DNA of 59,970 nt, filler included, from Platydemus manokwari (taxonomy: Eukaryota): NCBI GenBank assembly GCA_037951405.1. It is 5 parts of 5 records of this genome, joined end to end, with 100 filler letters (N's around TTAATTAATTAA, not from the genome) between each part and the next. Parts side by side here need not be neighbours in the genome. Positions count along the whole stretch, not along the records: positions 12,351 to 29,016 come from JBBMOY011153659.1; 4 more parts are not named here. The stretch is one strand, 5' to 3'. Position numbers and translations under genes: made by a program. The notes under the pieces are model-generated. The model did no database searches, was not told where the DNA came from, and was given only the letters and a program-made list of their open reading frames with translations. Below, in pieces: positions 12,351 to 26,583 of the stretch. How positions within the stretch are numbered: the stretch's first letter is position 1; every line of letters begins with the position of its first letter.

Positions 12351-13449
12351 TATTAATAATGAAACCTATATTTTTACCCAACCTTTACACTCATTTTAAA
12401 ATAACATCAGCAATTAGACCCATATAAGCCCGCATGGCTACAGGCTTCAGAAAAATATCCCTATTTAATTTATAAAAGTCATCACAATAAAGTGGAAATT
12501 AGGCCTCCATATTTTATCCAAACGCAATATTTAGCCCATAGCCCAATAACCATATATAACAGAGTAAATATCATATGCATTTATCTATTTTGCCTGAAAC
12601 CACTAGGATAGTGTGTTACTTGTGAATTACGAAGATCGATTTTGCCGCCGAAATATACTATGTACTATAGAAATATACTATTCGTGTAAAAACAATATTA
12701 CAATATTTACATCGCATATTCTTCCTATCGATCGAGCCATGCTAGGAAAACATTCTTGTAAACGACACTTACCCAATAGTCATGAATGGTTTTGTTAGTT
12801 CATCATCTGCTATCCTGAAGTTGCACATAGATAAGTTTTTATCCAACATTTAAGTGTATGGCAGTAGTATTTAAAATCAACGTATAAAAATAGTAATTTA
12901 TATTTATTTTATTTTATTGCTGTATACATATAATTTGGTGCATTTGTTTCATAATAATAAAAAATTGCAACATTCAACCGAGTGGGGTTTTTGATCTGCC
13001 GGTTTGCATAAGACATCATAATTTCACCATATATAATTCTCAGTATCATCCACCACTTTATTGAGAATAGTTTTGATAATACATTTGATAAAAGAGACTG
13101 ATATAGGAATAATAGTGATAATAATAGAAGAAATAAAAGAAGTAAAATCAATTAAATCGATTTCTACGCCGTTCACCTTATCTTCACATAATTGAGGGGA
13201 AGCAACATCAAAATCTATAGGTCAAAATACTACCTAAGGATCGAAAAGGACTCAGAGTACTGATAAAGGCGTAGATTTCTATCAAGTAAAATAAGAAAGA
13301 AAGAAAGAAAGAAAAGTAGTGACTCCAAAACGTATTGGATCTAACAAAGTGTTATAACTTTCTAAAGATTTAAATAATTGTTGCAAATGAAATATTCCAA
13401 AAATTATAGCAAGCTTTTAACTCACATAATTTTGTTCAAATACAATTTA

Positions 13450-14335
13450 TCGAATTATAAATATTGTTATGCCCTCCTTTATTAACCTCTAATAACTTTT
13501 TAATTCATAAAATAACTCTATTGATACGACTTTAATTAGTTGTGCTAATCTTTTCCGTTTTGTGTCTTATTTATTTTATTTTGATGTTCTTTCCTTCGTT
13601 TTCTTTATCCTTTAACAAATTTTATAAATATGCTGTATATTTAAATCTCTTAAAATTCCATTGATTTGTTAAAATTTTGTTCCAAAGTCTCAAAATAAGT
13701 TTTAAGGTCTTTTTCAGCTTTATTTACCTTTTTATTTCCCAGTAATTTCAAATTTTGATTCATCACCAAATATAAAGTAATTTTTATTCCCTGATTTTGT
13801 AATGAAAAATTCTGTATTATAAACCCTTAAAATTTGAAACTTCTTGTTTTCTAATTTTTTATTTCTATGTTAATGTTTTTATCATTTTACAGATAATTTG
13901 CGGGGTAAATGTTTACTGCTTAATATATTTCAATTTTACATCATTTACTGAAATAAATTTGATTAACTCAATATTTCTAGATTTTTTATATTTATACAGC
14001 TTTAATTTTTTATTTTCTTCTTCTATTGCTTATTCTGATTTTGAATAACAGGTTCTAAATGAGGTTTACCAATACCTTGATTTAATAAACATTTTGGATA
14101 CTGTTTTTCCTCATCCTTATTATTCAATTTATTTTCTTAAGTTCTTTTTTCATCTATTTCCTCTATTCTTTTATTTATGTCAAAACTATTCAAACATTTT
14201 TTAACATAACATTTAGATTATTTTAAAAGGTTTTCATGAACGTCATATTTTATTATTTTATTTTTTGGGTCTCTCGAGCGGAAACTGAGGGTGTTAAACA
14301 ACTTTTATTTCTGGCTATGGTACCAATGTCTCAAT
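13450..14335 (-). mobile_element. LTR retroelement relic: putative LTR end, PBS and decayed purine-rich ORF
   Basis: Minus strand reads ...tgagaca-t-TGGTACCATAGCCAG, close to the common iMet-type PBS TGGTATCAGAGCCAG, followed by ~800 bp of A/G-rich stop-riddled Lys/Glu/Asn-rich frame. Confidence 0.35.
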
Positions 14336-15896
14336 TCCCCACTACTTTCGAATTTTGTAACCTATTGTGATTTATAATTACAATTTTTAGGATTCAGCGT
14401 CAATTGATATCATAGCAACTCTAACTTTGCAGTTTTGGGTGGGTGTATAACCAAAATGTCATTTGGTGTATTACACATTTTAATATAATATTTTAATATA
14501 GTATAATACATTTTATACATTTTAAAACGGACTAAGGAAAGATAATTTAAAATCATTTGCAGGATAATTTCTTTATTTTTCCAATTATCAATATTTGGTG
14601 CCTTTTTTACTTGTTAAAGGAAATATCTGATGGTTACAAGTTGTACATATTCAAGATGAAAATATTATAAATAATAAGCTTCTTTAATCATTTCGAACGT
14701 AGATATAGAGTTATTTTATTTTAAATATTGTCATGTAACATCGATAATTTATAATATAAAAATTTAGAATCGACTACAAATCTATTTCTTATACTTGTGA
14801 TGGATTTTTGCTTGATCAATGTTACTATATTCTAAAATTTGTAAGTAGTTTAGTTTAACCAAAATAGAACTCTATTTCATATTTTAAATGTGATTTTTAT
14901 CGGCTACGTTTTCATAAAATAAGTAGTGAAAACAATACTCACGCATCGAAAAATACCGTGTTCTAAATTTTTTTTAGCAGGTCAATATTCCACAATTTCA
15001 ATTCGGTAGACATATTTCAACAAATTATAGATCAAACTGCAATGAAATAAATGCATGTTAACATGAGTTGAATTATACAATAACTATATATCCTTAAATT
15101 CCAATTGGATCATCCCAAAGACCTATTATCATATTAAATCATGCAAATAAAATATCTTTATTGTCTAGAGTTTATAACAATGAAGACAGTAATAAAATAT
15201 GCAAGTCAAATTTGGCAAAGAATTTAATATTATAAATTGAAAAGTTTAATTACTTTTTGAGTTATCATTGTTTTACTTCCACTGTAGAGTTAGTGAAAAT
15301 CATTAGAATAGTTTAAAGTATTTGGTTAGGGCATCTTAAAAACAAAAACTGTTTAATTCAATTTATCGTTCTTAATTGCCAACACCATCCTAAATTCATC
15401 GAAAAGTACTAAGATATCAATAAATACTTGAATGTAAACACTTATTAATTCAATAATAGATTTATATGTTTAATAAACTGTAATTGGGTGAATCCAAATA
15501 CTATTTCATGGAATACAATTTTATTATTAAACAATACTTTCATTTTTCTATTAAAATTACAATATGTACAAAATTTACATCGAATTTGGACTTGCGAATA
15601 TTTACAAAGAAGTAGAAAATGAAATCATAAAAATATGCTGCAAACATTTCTAGCGATGAAGATAGAATATATCTGAGTCAACTTATTCACATTCAGCAGT
15701 TTGTTCTTAAATGACATGATATTACATGATATTCGATATACAATTATATATTTACAGCAGTGCTTCTGAGGTAGGAAAGGAAATATATCTTCTTGGTGAT
15801 TATTCTTATTCTATATACACTAAAATATAATTTAAATTCCAAAATAGCAATAAAATCACCTCTGGAAAGACTGTGATTAGATAATATCGATAAACG

Positions 15897-18800
15897 CTAC
15901 ACAGTAGTTATAACCACAAGTAAATTGGGAAATTTGTTGATTTCAATGATGTTTTGTAAATCTGGCGCAGTTGAAAGTAACTGATTTGTTGAGAAATCAC
16001 ATGGTGGAAAAATGTGAACCACGTAGAGACCCTAAAATAAAAATAAATTGAAATAGCAATTTATATAATTATTGCAATTTATTATAATCTAGGAATAATT
16101 TTTCATATTAAGAATATCAAAGATCAAAATATTTTATCATAATTTGTTTGAATGTTGAGATGAAATTTATTTTTGGACTTAAATTTGGCCTCGGTTTGTA
16201 TTTAATGGAATTGTATCAGTTGACAGAGTGACCAAAATTTCAGTGATAAATGAATGATTGACTTGTAGAGTTCGATCAGACTTCGACAGAATATGCTATA
16301 CCAAGCCATCACGTAATAATATTGGTTTTGACTACGATAGCTTGTGTATGAGTATTTTCACAATTATAATAATTTTCACAATAATAATAGAAGTAAATTA
16401 TTGTAATTAAATAAATAACGAACGGAGAATAAATGCCATGATATTAGAAATAGTTGTAATATTCAAAGGATTTGATAATAAGAAACATGAATGAAATTAG
16501 AAATTTTGTGAGCTCTGTGGATTATAGAATTTCAAATAATTTTTAAATAAAATATTTAAACCATGAAGGATAAAAACATTTCCACTTCGTGCGAATATTG
16601 CGGTGAAATATTTTTTGGTCGAACTTCTTCTATTATTTAATGAAATTGACCGGCTAGTTAACTGGTACAATATTTCTAAAAATCGAATATACAATTTTCA
16701 ATAATAATAACAATTTTCAAGGAACTAATTTGCTTGTATTCTATTAATATAAAAAGAAGTGATTTTAATTATATATTTTCAATTTATTGTTTCACTAAAA
16801 CTTAGTATAAAGTTAAACTAAGATACCTGTTGATTGTTTTCTGGGTGACAAACATTGATAATTCCAGCAGCTCCTTTATCGCGCATATACTTTATAAATC
16901 CCTCTTTAAGAATTTGAGATTGTTTCATCCATTGATTTATATCATCACCTCCAGGTAATGCCAAACCAATGCAGTACTCATTAGCATTCTGCATTCTTCT
17001 TTGAACACCTTCAAGTTGACTTAAATCTAATCTCATTCTTTGCACAATTTTCAAGGATCCAGTTTTATTCCACTGCAAAGGTCCGCTGCATATTAGAAGA
17101 TGCATGCAAGCATTTAGCAATTCCGTATTTCCGTGAACAAAATGTAATGCGACTTTGGCTTCTTCATTCTTCAAAGATAATTTCCCTTCCCATACCAATG
17201 GATACATCTGAATAAATTTAATTTCAGCGATTATATTACATTATTCAAATTAATACTAACCCTAGGAATAATTAAATCCGCTATCAATCTGGAGGATATA
17301 TTTGGTGAATGGCCAATGACACCAGAATTAACAGATTCTTGATTTGTTTCTACAATCGGTGACGATGATTCTAGTTGATTGGCATTCTGAATATTTCTAT
17401 ATGAATTGGAATCGGATTGAGAGTTTGCATTTTTCAATGACGAATCGCTAATCACACACTTATAATATCAATCTAGTTATGTTTATCATAATTCATCAAT
17501 AGTTACTTGATATTTCGACAATGTTGATGGATCCACATTAAGATTTGGTAAATTTGATCTTTGTAATATACTTTGTAAAAAGTATGTTTTTAAAGCATTG
17601 TTTTCTTCTGGATTATGGACCACGGGAGGAATTAATGGATTGATATTTTGTTGAGGTTGTGAGGAATTAACTGTTATATTAAGTAGATTATTCTTAGAAA
17701 TATTTTGAGGTAAATTTGTATCGAAATTCAGAGCCAATTTGCTATTATTTATAGTTTCTTTTTCAAAAGGTGATGAACATGTACTGGGTAAGATTGTGTT
17801 AACATCTCTATTATAAGATTGTAATTGAATTGAAGAAATTGGAATATTTGGTGCTTGAACTGGTTCTTGCAAAACATTTACACCAGGTTTTTGAGAGTTT
17901 ATTTCTTTAGGCTAAATAAATTATTTTAAAATAAATAACAAAACGAAAATTAAAATAATTATAATAAACTATATAAAAAGAAATTAATATAGATTCCAAT
18001 TAAAAGCCACATGTTTTCATTATGAATACACCCAGTCAAGTCATTTTCGAATAATCACATTAATTTAAAAAGATAACATTTCTGTATTATTGATGTTAAT
18101 TGATCATCTCATTAAAAGAACAAAAATGGTCAGAAATCGAAAAATTTTCAGGAAATTCGTATCATGCTATATATGATGCTTTATTAAGAAAATATTTTAT
18201 GAAAATTTTAAAAATTTAACTCAATATCATTTTATTCGCTTGATGTCACTTAAAATTTTTTAAATATTTAACTTCTAAAACTTTCATAAATTGCTTTTAG
18301 AAATTGAATACGGAAAATATTATAAATTTATAGATTAAAAATCTCAAAAATGATTCTATAATTAGCATCATAACAAATCCAATTTAATAACTTGGAATAA
18401 TTTATAAAAAACCATGTTAAAATGAAAACTCGCGTAATATTTGAAAATTTAAAAATATTAAAAATGCAATAATTACGACAAATTTTTCAAAACTTATTTC
18501 CGTTCAAAGATTCAATGAAAAAATGAGGTTGTTTTTCACATGATTTTTCAAGATTTAAGACACTTCAAAACAAGAAATTAATTAATTTTAAATTAACATA
18601 AAATATTTGAGAATAATCAGAGATTAAAATATCAATGAGTACTTTTAAAGTTAATGAATATTCTTACTTTATAAAGATTGATAAACGTTAATAGCTCTGT
18701 ATTGAACTGTGATGTATTAGAATTAAAAACCGGAGAGACAGAAACGTTCTGAGTATTGGATTTAAGTACATAGTTCGAATTTGTAACCTCTTTCTGAGAA

Positions 18801-21800
18801 TTGGATTTGTTTGTTGCTGTAGGATAAAGATTACAAAGATTAATATCATTGGCAGAAATCGAGGTTAATAATGTGACAGTTGATTTATTAGTTGATGGGC
18901 AGGGATTGCTCACTGTAGTTAACTCTGGTTTCCTATTTTCATCTAAGTTAACTTGATTAATAGGCTTCAAAGATGGATTATGCTTTCTAAAGGGGGTAGA
19001 CATTGTTTCGACATTTGTGTTACTCATATTATCAGCACTAACAGACGAACAATCTCGACTATCATTTGATACAAATGTTAATGGTGTCGTTGATGGACTA
19101 ATTTGAAATGAAGATAATTTGCCATTTTTAAATGACGACAAATACTCAGGATAATTAAAGTTTCCATTCACTACATCCTCTATTATTTGACTGACACTAT
19201 CAATTCCAGAGCTTTTGACTGAACTCGTTGTAGAAGTGCTAATAGCGATAGTCGTTGAAAGTGGTTTAATATTTGCTGATAATAATGTACTGGTTGATGA
19301 TTCTTCTGTCGAATGTCCAACTTTAGAAATTTTAAAGTCATTTGAAAAAAACGAATTTTTCCCCTTAGTTCGATATCTTGAAAATTCTAAAGGAGACTCG
19401 TCGAAATTAGGCTCATATGGGTCTGAAACTTTTTCAGGTTGAATACTTTCAGAAGTTGATCCACTATTTTCTGTTTGTTTAAAATGTGATTTATTTGTTG
19501 TTTGATTACTATCGATACTATTTGTTTTTGATTGATTATTACTGGTATTATTGGCATTGATATCTGATCGAGTTATACAAGTAGTTGTGACTATTTTATA
19601 ATTACTATCAGCTTTGCTAGGATCAGCTCGACGAAGACGTGTACAAATTCTTTGTTTGGTATGATCTTCTGAAAACGGTGATTTTAAACTACTATTGGAT
19701 AAATGTGTAGACATTGTGTCAGAAATAGATGAATTTAATTCATTTGAACCTGGAATTATGTTTAATTCCGTATTAATTTTGAGTTCAGACAATGTAGAAC
19801 TATTAATGCTTTGGTCGGGTTTTGAAAGTGTTCCACTTGACAAACTTATAATCGATATAACATTTGACCGCGTCGTTACAGATTTATGAGTTGAAGTTTC
19901 AGGTAATGGTGCAACAGATGCTTCTACAATTGGCTTACTGACTGGTAAATGAACACTCGTAACCGGAGAACAAACGTTAACACCTGGAATGTTTGGTGTT
20001 GATGACTGATTATGTGAATTTGCACAAATTTGCGAATCGGGATTTTCAATTACAGACGCTTGCAAACTAGCAGCTGGAGACTTCTGTAAAGTTGTCAGTA
20101 AAGAGATTGATACATTACTACTAGTGGAATTATTGGAACTTTGGGAATTTTTATTGGGAACATTTGTGCAATTTGATAACTTTTTTATTCGTTTATTTGA
20201 ATTCTTTTCTGATTTTAATTTATTCTGATTTTCTGCACTCTGTTCCCGTTTAACTTGTTCAATGACACCTTTAACGTACGAAGTTAAATCAATTTTCTCA
20301 TTAGGACTACTGTTGGTTTTATTTTGAGATGATGCTTTGTTATTATTTCGAGAACTTGTACTAGAAACCATTGATGGATTGTTTTCTGTTGATGAAATTT
20401 CATTTGTGGAACAGATTGGTTGATCAGTAGTAAGCTTTGTAACAATTCCCTTATTGCTATTATTTAAATTTATATTAACTTGCGAAATGGAAATTGAATT
20501 GCAATTTTCAACAATTATCCCCGATGTTACAGAATCGGTTGAACTAATTGCTGTCAATTTCTCTAAACACACAGAATTTTCAGTTTCTATATTATAAACA
20601 TTGTTAGTTTTCGGCACTACTGGCAAGCTTTCACAATTTAATACCAAATTTTCCGAAATAACGGATTCAGCTTGTTCAGAATTATTTACATCCCCAGTGT
20701 TTTCTAGAGCAATAGGTAGTGCTATTTCGTCAAAATTATTAGATTCGGTTGTAACATTTTCATTGCAGGAAGTGTTATCGAATATATTATTTATTGTATT
20801 ACTTGAATCATGTTCATTGCAAATATCACTTGGTATATTTGATTTCCAATCTATTGGGGATTTCGAATCATTTTCCTCTTTAAGCATTATACTAGCAATA
20901 GCTATGTCTTGTTCTTCTTTAACACATTCATGATTATCCATGTCTATTGCAATCCTTTCACCTTCTTTAATATCATTTATTTTTGCATCACCCCCTATGT
21001 TACAAGGTGAATTAACAATCGGCTCTATCTTATTATCTGTTGGATTCTCGTCGATTTCTCTTTTCAGTGACATTGTTTTCAATTCACAATTGTCGTCAAC
21101 TATAAAACTAGGTGGCTGAGTTTTATCTGATATTGTAAGTTTTTCATTGATTACTTGAACAGAATTTTCAATTGATACTTCCACTTCAATTTTAGCTGTA
21201 TTATTTCCACTTTCACTACTACTTTGACTGCTAAGACCAGATTTCCAATCATCGTCAGACATCTTTAAACTTTCTAAATCAACTTCGGCATATTCCATTG
21301 GTTCAGTACTAGCAGTAGCATCACTTATATTAGCTACTTCTTCTAATTCATTTTTCAAATATTCTTTAACTGGTTTATTAGAAAAATTAACATTACTAGT
21401 ATTAGTTTTGAAACTGAATTCCGAAATGTTTTCGTGCTCTTCATTGTCATTTTCATAATCATTTTCTAATTTCTTTGAACTAAAATATTTTCGATTTGGT
21501 ATTTTGTTGGAAGAATATTTAAATATTCGTAGCATATCATTTTTATTTCTTGAACGTTTCCAATTAGTTCCTGAAAATGAATTAGGTGATTCAAATGATG
21601 AAACAGTACTATTTTTCGTAGATTTATACATTTTACGACTATGAATATTTTTGTTTCTTCGGGCACAATCCTTTTCTGAAGCAACATACATTGTCGATGA
21701 ATAGTTGGACTGTGAATCATCTAACAATACACTACTATCATCGCTGTAAACTGTTGAAGTTGGTGAAGTGACAACATCACGGGATTTTTTATGACGTTTA

Positions 21801-24800
21801 TAATAAATTTTATTGTCTTTCGATGATTTTTGTTTATGCTCCGAAATTTTATTTTTTCGTTTGTTACGAGGTTCATTAATTTCAGGCGAATTTCTATTGA
21901 CTTTAGTTTCTGCTTGTTTTTGAGCACGTCTTTTCACCTTATCATACATTGATTCGTACATATTAATATTATTCATATCAATTTGAAAAATATTTTTACA
22001 ATCAGGAGATGTGGTATAAACACTATTAATTTTTGATGATTTTGTCGGTTTCTGTGATTTATATTTTTCATAAGGTGAGAATGTTTTCATACCAACACTA
22101 GAAGCAGATGAAACTTTTGAAGAATTTCCCTTTCTATGAACTGAGCTTTGATCGCTAGCCTGATCTCTTTTAAATTCATCAAATTCCTTTTGAAAAACAG
22201 CATCCGAAGAAATTTCCTGGGATAATTGTTGATACTCATGTCTCTTATATGCCGAATGAAGATCAAGGCTGAATGAATCGCTTGATTTTTTATCAGATGA
22301 ACGATAAATATTTGTTTTATTTAAATCATCATGTCTCATTTTCTTACGTTTCAATGGTGGTGAATCAGAACTTTGCCTGTTACGAGACATATATGGGTTT
22401 TTCTCATTATCCTTTTCATTAAGGCATTTACTAGGTAAGAAATTATGAGAACTATACACAATTTTACTCTTTGAATGATGTTCAGTATCTAGATTTATTT
22501 TATGAGATCTACTATCTGACATTTTTGATGAAAACTTGTTTTCTTTATACCTTCGGTCGATAATATATGAATTTGATCTTTTCCTTTCTTCATATTCATT
22601 TACAAAAGATTTAGATTTACGATTGGAATTGGCTTTATATTTTCTTTTAAATTCTTTATGATCATTATCTGATGATGAGGACATATTTAAATTATCATTT
22701 CGATAAAGCACAGATTTATCTGGTACTATTTTTCGCTTGTTATTAGGCAATTGACTTTGCTTTTTATTTATATTTAGGCATTTCTTCGGAATCTCCAAAG
22801 AACTATTATCTGTTGCAGGATTACTAATATCATCTGATTCCATAGGATTGTCTTCAAAATTCGAAAGAGATACATTTACAGTCAAAGGTTTCATGGAACT
22901 ACTCATTGCCTCAGATTTATCTTTCATTGATAACTTCATTTTTTGTCTGTTCATGTTTGAACTGTGATGTTCAGAACATAGTTCATCAGAACTTGCATTT
23001 CCACTAGAACATTTATTTGATTTCAATCGATTTTTTGGCCTTTTCGATGGTTTCAAGTGTATTGATTTTTTATTTGAATGATAATGGACTTTGGAAACTC
23101 TAATGAAACGATTTTGTTTTTCAGAAGATAGCACTGATATTGTCGATGAAGAATCAACTGATGGAGATTTACATTTCGATAACTTTTGCTTTCGCTTTCG
23201 ACTATTTGAGGCATAAGAAGATGCAGAATCGGAATCACTTAAATCCGAAAAATCTTCTCCAAATACTTCAGCAGCTGTAACTTGCTTAATTGGAATATCT
23301 GACATATCTGATACTTTGTAATTAAGATTTTTTGATGTCTTTAATTTGTGGACACCGGAGAAAATTGGTGTTCGATTTTCGAAAGACTTTGGAACACCTT
23401 CAGGATTTTTGGCTATTCGATAAGTGAGTGGTTGATTATAATTGGTGCGGCGTTTTAGATTTCCAAATTCACGATCATTAGAATGCAATACGTTCTTATT
23501 TATAGATAAAAAACTATCTTGCTTGATTGAAACACTTAATTCCTTTTCTGGAAATGAATTCAAAGTTCTTTGTACATTTCTAGTAACATTGTGAGAGGTT
23601 ACGGTATTGGGAATACGATTAAGAAAGGGTGAGCTCTGAACAGTTTTAGAGAGGATGTTGGAATTGGCTTGTGATGAATTATGTGTATTAGAACTGGTAT
23701 GAGAAAATGGATCGACTCTAGCTACTACTCTATTTCGAACTGGAGCACTCCAAGGAGAAAATTGTCTGTTGTAAATATCTGATTTATTAATATCACTGGA
23801 TTGAGAAGTGCAAGTATTTGTAGACCACGTGACTGGGCTGCAAGATAACCTAAAAATTAAAATTATACAGAATAATTTCTAAATTATTCCTATATCTTCT
23901 TATGAAATTTTACTTAAAATAATATTAACCAACTTACCTAACATTATTCACAGTTTTTCCTTCATTATTACTTTCAGAATAATTTCTATCCTTTTTAATG
24001 TTTGATAAATTTTGATTTTGATAGTCAGTCGTGGTTTGACTCACATGTGTAGAATTGATACTAATTGAAGGTTCGTAATTTTGAGAAAATCTATTATTTG
24101 ATGTAGTATCACAGTTTGAATCATAGGGATTTGTAACTCGAATGTTGCTTGATCTTTTACTACAAATCGGTGTAACTCTGGTAGCATTGTCTGTTTGAAT
24201 TCTTTCAGTTATAACCATTTCAGAAATATTTAATCCAGAATTACCGATAGAATTTTGAAAATTTCTATATATTAAAGTTCGACATATACAATAATTCCAT
24301 TAGACGTAAAATCAATATCAAATATTATTAAAAATGAAATGAAATTACTAATAGTGTGAATCACAACCACGTTTGTATTCTTATTACTGATTAACTAATC
24401 AAACTAGTCTTGGCTAAATTCAAGATAGAAAGAAACATGAGTCATGCTTGTGTGCATGCAAAATAATTATTATACTTATCTAAGATCGATATAAATGTGT
24501 ATATTTATTTATATTTAAATGTATCATAATTGCCTATAAATGATAATATCGATGATATAAAATAATGTTTGCTTAAGTTTAATCAGATTAATTATTAAAT
24601 TAACATACAAAAAATAAAGTCAAAGTTATCAAAATAAAATTCTTCACGATATTTCCTTATCATATTTATTAAAAAAAATTTTCAATGCAGTTAAATTTTG
24701 ACTTATTACCATCAAATTTATTAAGACTTTAAAATTAGAATTTTACCAACAAATATCTTTTATGTTGGTATTGTTAGTTACCTAGCAACTATTGAAAATT

Positions 24801-26583
24801 GAATTAACAAAATTGCATTCAATTTTTGTTTTATTTTTAGTTCTGTTATCGTGAATTTGTTGATGAATAGTTGCAGAAATGCATGCCTATTAAAGTTTGC
24901 ATGAAAATAAAATATACAGTCATATGAAAAATACAGAAAACTTATGTAATTACACCATAAATCCATGGCTATTCAGTGTGTGTGTATGTGTGTCTCTTTG
25001 ACAAGCACATCAATCTAATCGATAATATATCAGGTCATATTTCTCTATCCTTTATACATTTGAATATGATTAGTGTTACCTAATAATTAATTTAAATTTA
25101 GCTACATTTATTTGTTATAAAAATCGATATTTCATATGTCAAAATATTATTATTACTTGATAGAAATTGTCGGCTGAGTATAGTTAACTGGTTCATGGTT
25201 AGGCAGTAAATTAAATGTCGCTGGCAAATCAGATGGTTTTTGAATGCAATTTGAATGCAATTGAGAATTTTGCTCATTCGCTATTGATTTGTTGATATTC
25301 AACACCAACTTTTCTTGTATGAAATTTGTTCGAGAAACAGATCTGTTGTAAATAAGATTGTTGTTATAGGAATTGTTATCGGATTGAGAAGATTTAAGTG
25401 TAATGGCATCGGGTGGGACTGGTAGAGTTGGAAAATTATTTGATAGCCAATAAGATATTGTAGCCTGGCATTCCAAACTCGCATAATCAACCTGTACTCG
25501 ACAGGTTCCCAAGAAAGAGTTTTTGCGTTTTAAATGAATGATCGACTGTTGTGCTGCAAATGCGTTGTCGAGATACACCAATGCCTTTTGTTGTTTGGCA
25601 TCTTGAACGACCTAATAAAATTCCAATTATTTATTACATTACAACCCATGTGATTTCAATACAAACTTCATATTTTACCTTTATGACAAATTTTTAGCTG
25701 AAATTAAAGTACTTAGTGTAATCTTATCATTATACTTTCAATATAATTTGGATTTTGATCATTTTTGAATGACGCATTGTAATAATTGTTTATCTTGAAA
25801 TTTGTTTGACACTAATAACCATAACTTATCTATGTTGAAGTTAAACTTGTACTTTGATATTAGCTTATTCGTTTAAGCTGATGAAATCAATATATGATTT
25901 TTTTATCGAAATCATGTTAAAATGGGTTTTTATTAATTAATCTACTTATTAAATGTGCTTCATATTAGTCAAATCGTCACAAAGGACATTTATATATGAC
26001 TAATTTCATGTTGTCTCATGGCTTTGTGTCGCTTATGATTTGAATGCCTTAGTTAAATAATTCCTTTATTTTATTTTATGTACAAATAAATAAATATCAA
26101 TATTAAACTAACTTCCAGAACATGACCGAACCTCGAAAAATATTCTGTTATTTGACTTTCGTTTATCGAATTGGATATTTGTCCTAGCCAAATACAATTT
26201 GTAGGGAAACTTGGACCAAATTGAAATGATGTCGATGATGTAATCGATGACCCAACTAAACACTTCAGTACTGTTCTGGGACTAACCAGTATTTTAACTA
26301 CTTTTGATATATCACTGAATTGAACTAATGCTGATGCATGTAAAACTAGTTTGGGTTTAGTTTCAATATCCTAAATTACATTAAATGAAATGTGAATGGC
26401 ATGTTTAAATTATGCATACCAAAACCTTTCCTAATTTACTGAAGTACTCATAGAGAGTTTTGAAATTATTTAAATGAGGTGGTAAGTTGGATATTTGTAA
26501 TGTTCTCGATGCCTTTGGGTGAAATTCGTCAAGGCCTTGTGGACAGTTCGTAGTAATGTTCAGTTCGTCAAAGTCAAATAAGT
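15897..26583 (-). CDS. SPEN: Split ends / SHARP / MINT transcriptional corepressor (RRMs + SPOC); 5' end unresolved
   Basis: Exons 26583-26420, 26370-26113, 25611-25157, 24264-23938, 23849-18668, 17911-17507, 17458-17261, 17207-16827, 16031-15897 join in frame. RRM region LDEFHPKASRTL...PTNCIWLG...VQVDYASLECQ; SMYDKVK motif; SPOC YPLVWEGKLSLKN...IVQRMRLDLSQLEGV...FIKYMRDKGAAGIINV...VHIFPPCDFS...LVVITTV*. Confidence 0.93.
24976..24992. repeat. Short (TG)n tract in a SPEN intron
   Basis: gtgtgtgtgtatgtgtg seen directly. Confidence 0.8.

Noticed and set aside
19215-23238. Short antisense and alternate-frame ORFs overlapping the SPEN giant exon
   Set aside because: Shadow ORFs of a long coding exon with no independent features.
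25679-25697. 19-nt AG/GT-bounded microexon candidate in a SPEN intron
   Set aside because: It would frameshift, and the flanking exons join directly into a continuous RRM (GHVLE|VVQDAK).
4188-26583. LARP1 and SPEN as a convergent RNA-regulator cluster
   Set aside because: Separated by an artificial spacer, so linkage is unproven.
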